A DNA stretch of 64,000 bases from Coleofasciculus sp. B1-GNL1-01 (GTDB lineage Bacteria; Cyanobacteriota; Cyanobacteriia; Cyanobacteriales; Coleofasciculaceae). Where the stretch lies: assembly GCA_040220235.1 (NCBI GenBank), contig JAVJTO010000168.1; one strand, written 5' to 3'. Below are positions 62,933 through 64,000 of this stretch, one piece after another (position 1 is the stretch's first letter; every line of letters begins with the position of its first letter). Position numbers and translations under genes: made by a program. Below the pieces are notes generated by a model. It saw only the letters and a program-made list of their open reading frames with translations, did no database searches and was not told the origin of the DNA.

Positions 62933-63109
62933 TTAGTTTTTGAACTCGACATCTAGTGTTTCCCAGTGTAGACCTTCACCGGATGGTATCAATTCAACTT
63001 GTGCCAAGTCATCTGGTGAGGCGTCCGCTAACCCTTGAACTAACTCTGGGGTAAACAAAAAACTGGCTCCATTTTGAAATCGCAGTAAGCTAGAGGAATA
63101 TTGGGGCAT
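62933..63109 (-). pseudogene. DUF2442-like fragment (58 aa, not in ORF track)
   Basis: F.FTPELVQGLADASPDDLAQVEL.PSGEGLHWETLDV. Confidence 0.7.
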
Positions 63110-63126
63110 GATTTAGGCAAAAAATA

Positions 63127-63915
63127 ATGCACAATCCCTTCCCAGGAATGAACCCCTACTTGGAGTTGCTAGACCTATGGCATCAAGTCCATAATCGACT
63201 TATTGTCGCGATCGCAGATGCAATCACCCCTCAAATCGTCCCTAAATATCGGGTGGCGATTGAGGAACGCATCTATACCAGCATCGATGACTCGTTACTC
63301 GTCGGAATTGCTGATGTGGCGGTTTCCCGTCGAGACTCTACCCGTACTGGTGCAACGGTAACGGCTACTCGTTTAGCTAAACCCACTCCAGTTAAAGTCC
63401 CTGTTCCGGAACAGGTTACTGAACGATTTTTAGAGGTTCGATCAATCCAAACAGGTGCGGTTGTCTCTGTAATAGAGATACTTTCTCCCAAAAATAAATC
63501 TGCCAAGGATGGTCGAGAGGCGTATCAAAACAAACGCCAGAAAATTTTGGCATCGAAAACCAGTTTTGTTGAAATTTATCTGCTCAGAAACGGTAAAACC
63601 ATGCCAATTATTGGGGAGACTAAGACTGATTACCGTATCTTGGTTAGTCGAGGATATTGCCGACCGAATGCCGATTTATATAGCTTTGATTTAAAAGAAC
63701 CGATTCCAGCGTTTCCTGTTCCCTTACGCCCAGATGATCCTGAACCTATAGTAGACCTACAACAGTTACTGAATCAGATTTATGAGCGGGCTAGATTTGA
63801 CCTAGCGATTGATTATTCGCAATCCGTAAAACCCGCCCTTGCACCTGAAAACGCAATCTCCCGCATTTCTCACAAGTTTTGCTATCTGAGTCGTCGAAAC
63901 CTTTACCTGGAGTAG
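63127..63915 (+). CDS. DUF4058 family protein
   Basis: M.NPFPGMNPYLE, IEILSPKNK, PVPL, LQ.LL..IY..AR.DL.IDY. Confidence 0.88.
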   Translation: MHNPFPGMNPYLELLDLWHQVHNRLIVAIADAITPQIVPKYRVAIEERIYTSIDDSLLVGIADVAVSRRDSTRTGATVTATRLAKPTPVKVPVPEQVTERFLEVRSIQTGAVVSVIEILSPKNKSAKDGREAYQNKRQKILASKTSFVEIYLLRNGKTMPIIGETKTDYRILVSRGYCRPNADLYSFDLKEPIPAFPVPLRPDDPEPIVDLQQLLNQIYERARFDLAIDYSQSVKPALAPENAISRISHKFCYLSRRNLYLE

Positions 63916-64000
63916 GTTTCGAGCATTTTTGACCGACACTGAATTTTGACAGAGTGTTGAAAGCCTTATTCTACGGTTAATCCAGGGTGTATGAGCCTTT

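Overview
Cyanobacterial chromosome segment. It has many HIP1 GCGATCGC octamers, heptamer tandem repeats and GTAG-type REP/MITE elements, a style that suggests a filamentous Oscillatoriales/Coleofasciculus-like genome (inference). Housekeeping content: hypC-hypD-(4-OT)-hypE, class I fba, ispG, potC, serA, prmA, comB, pheS, ubiX, ilvC, and the rplS-tRNA(Trp)-secE-nusG-rplK-rplA-rplJ-rplL cluster. Accessory content: (1) a tandem array of membrane Ser/Thr kinases with near-identical kinase domains, highly divergent AT-rich C-termini, one apparent pseudokinase, a decayed fourth copy and retained NtcA-type boxes; (2) an AT-rich cassette with an eCIS/DUF4157-like N-terminus, an unrecognised Cys-hairpin C-terminus and three small membrane/coiled-coil genes (candidate toxin-immunity locus); (3) a pair of STAND-like ATPases; (4) two intact toxin-antitoxin modules, one bracketed by 121-bp direct repeats, plus four TA remnants; (5) an m4C methyltransferase truncated by a MITE. 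L10 carries an extra 11-aa L12-binding segment. No CRISPR array, rRNA, transposase or reverse transcriptase was seen. All family calls are from motif recognition by eye, with no database search.
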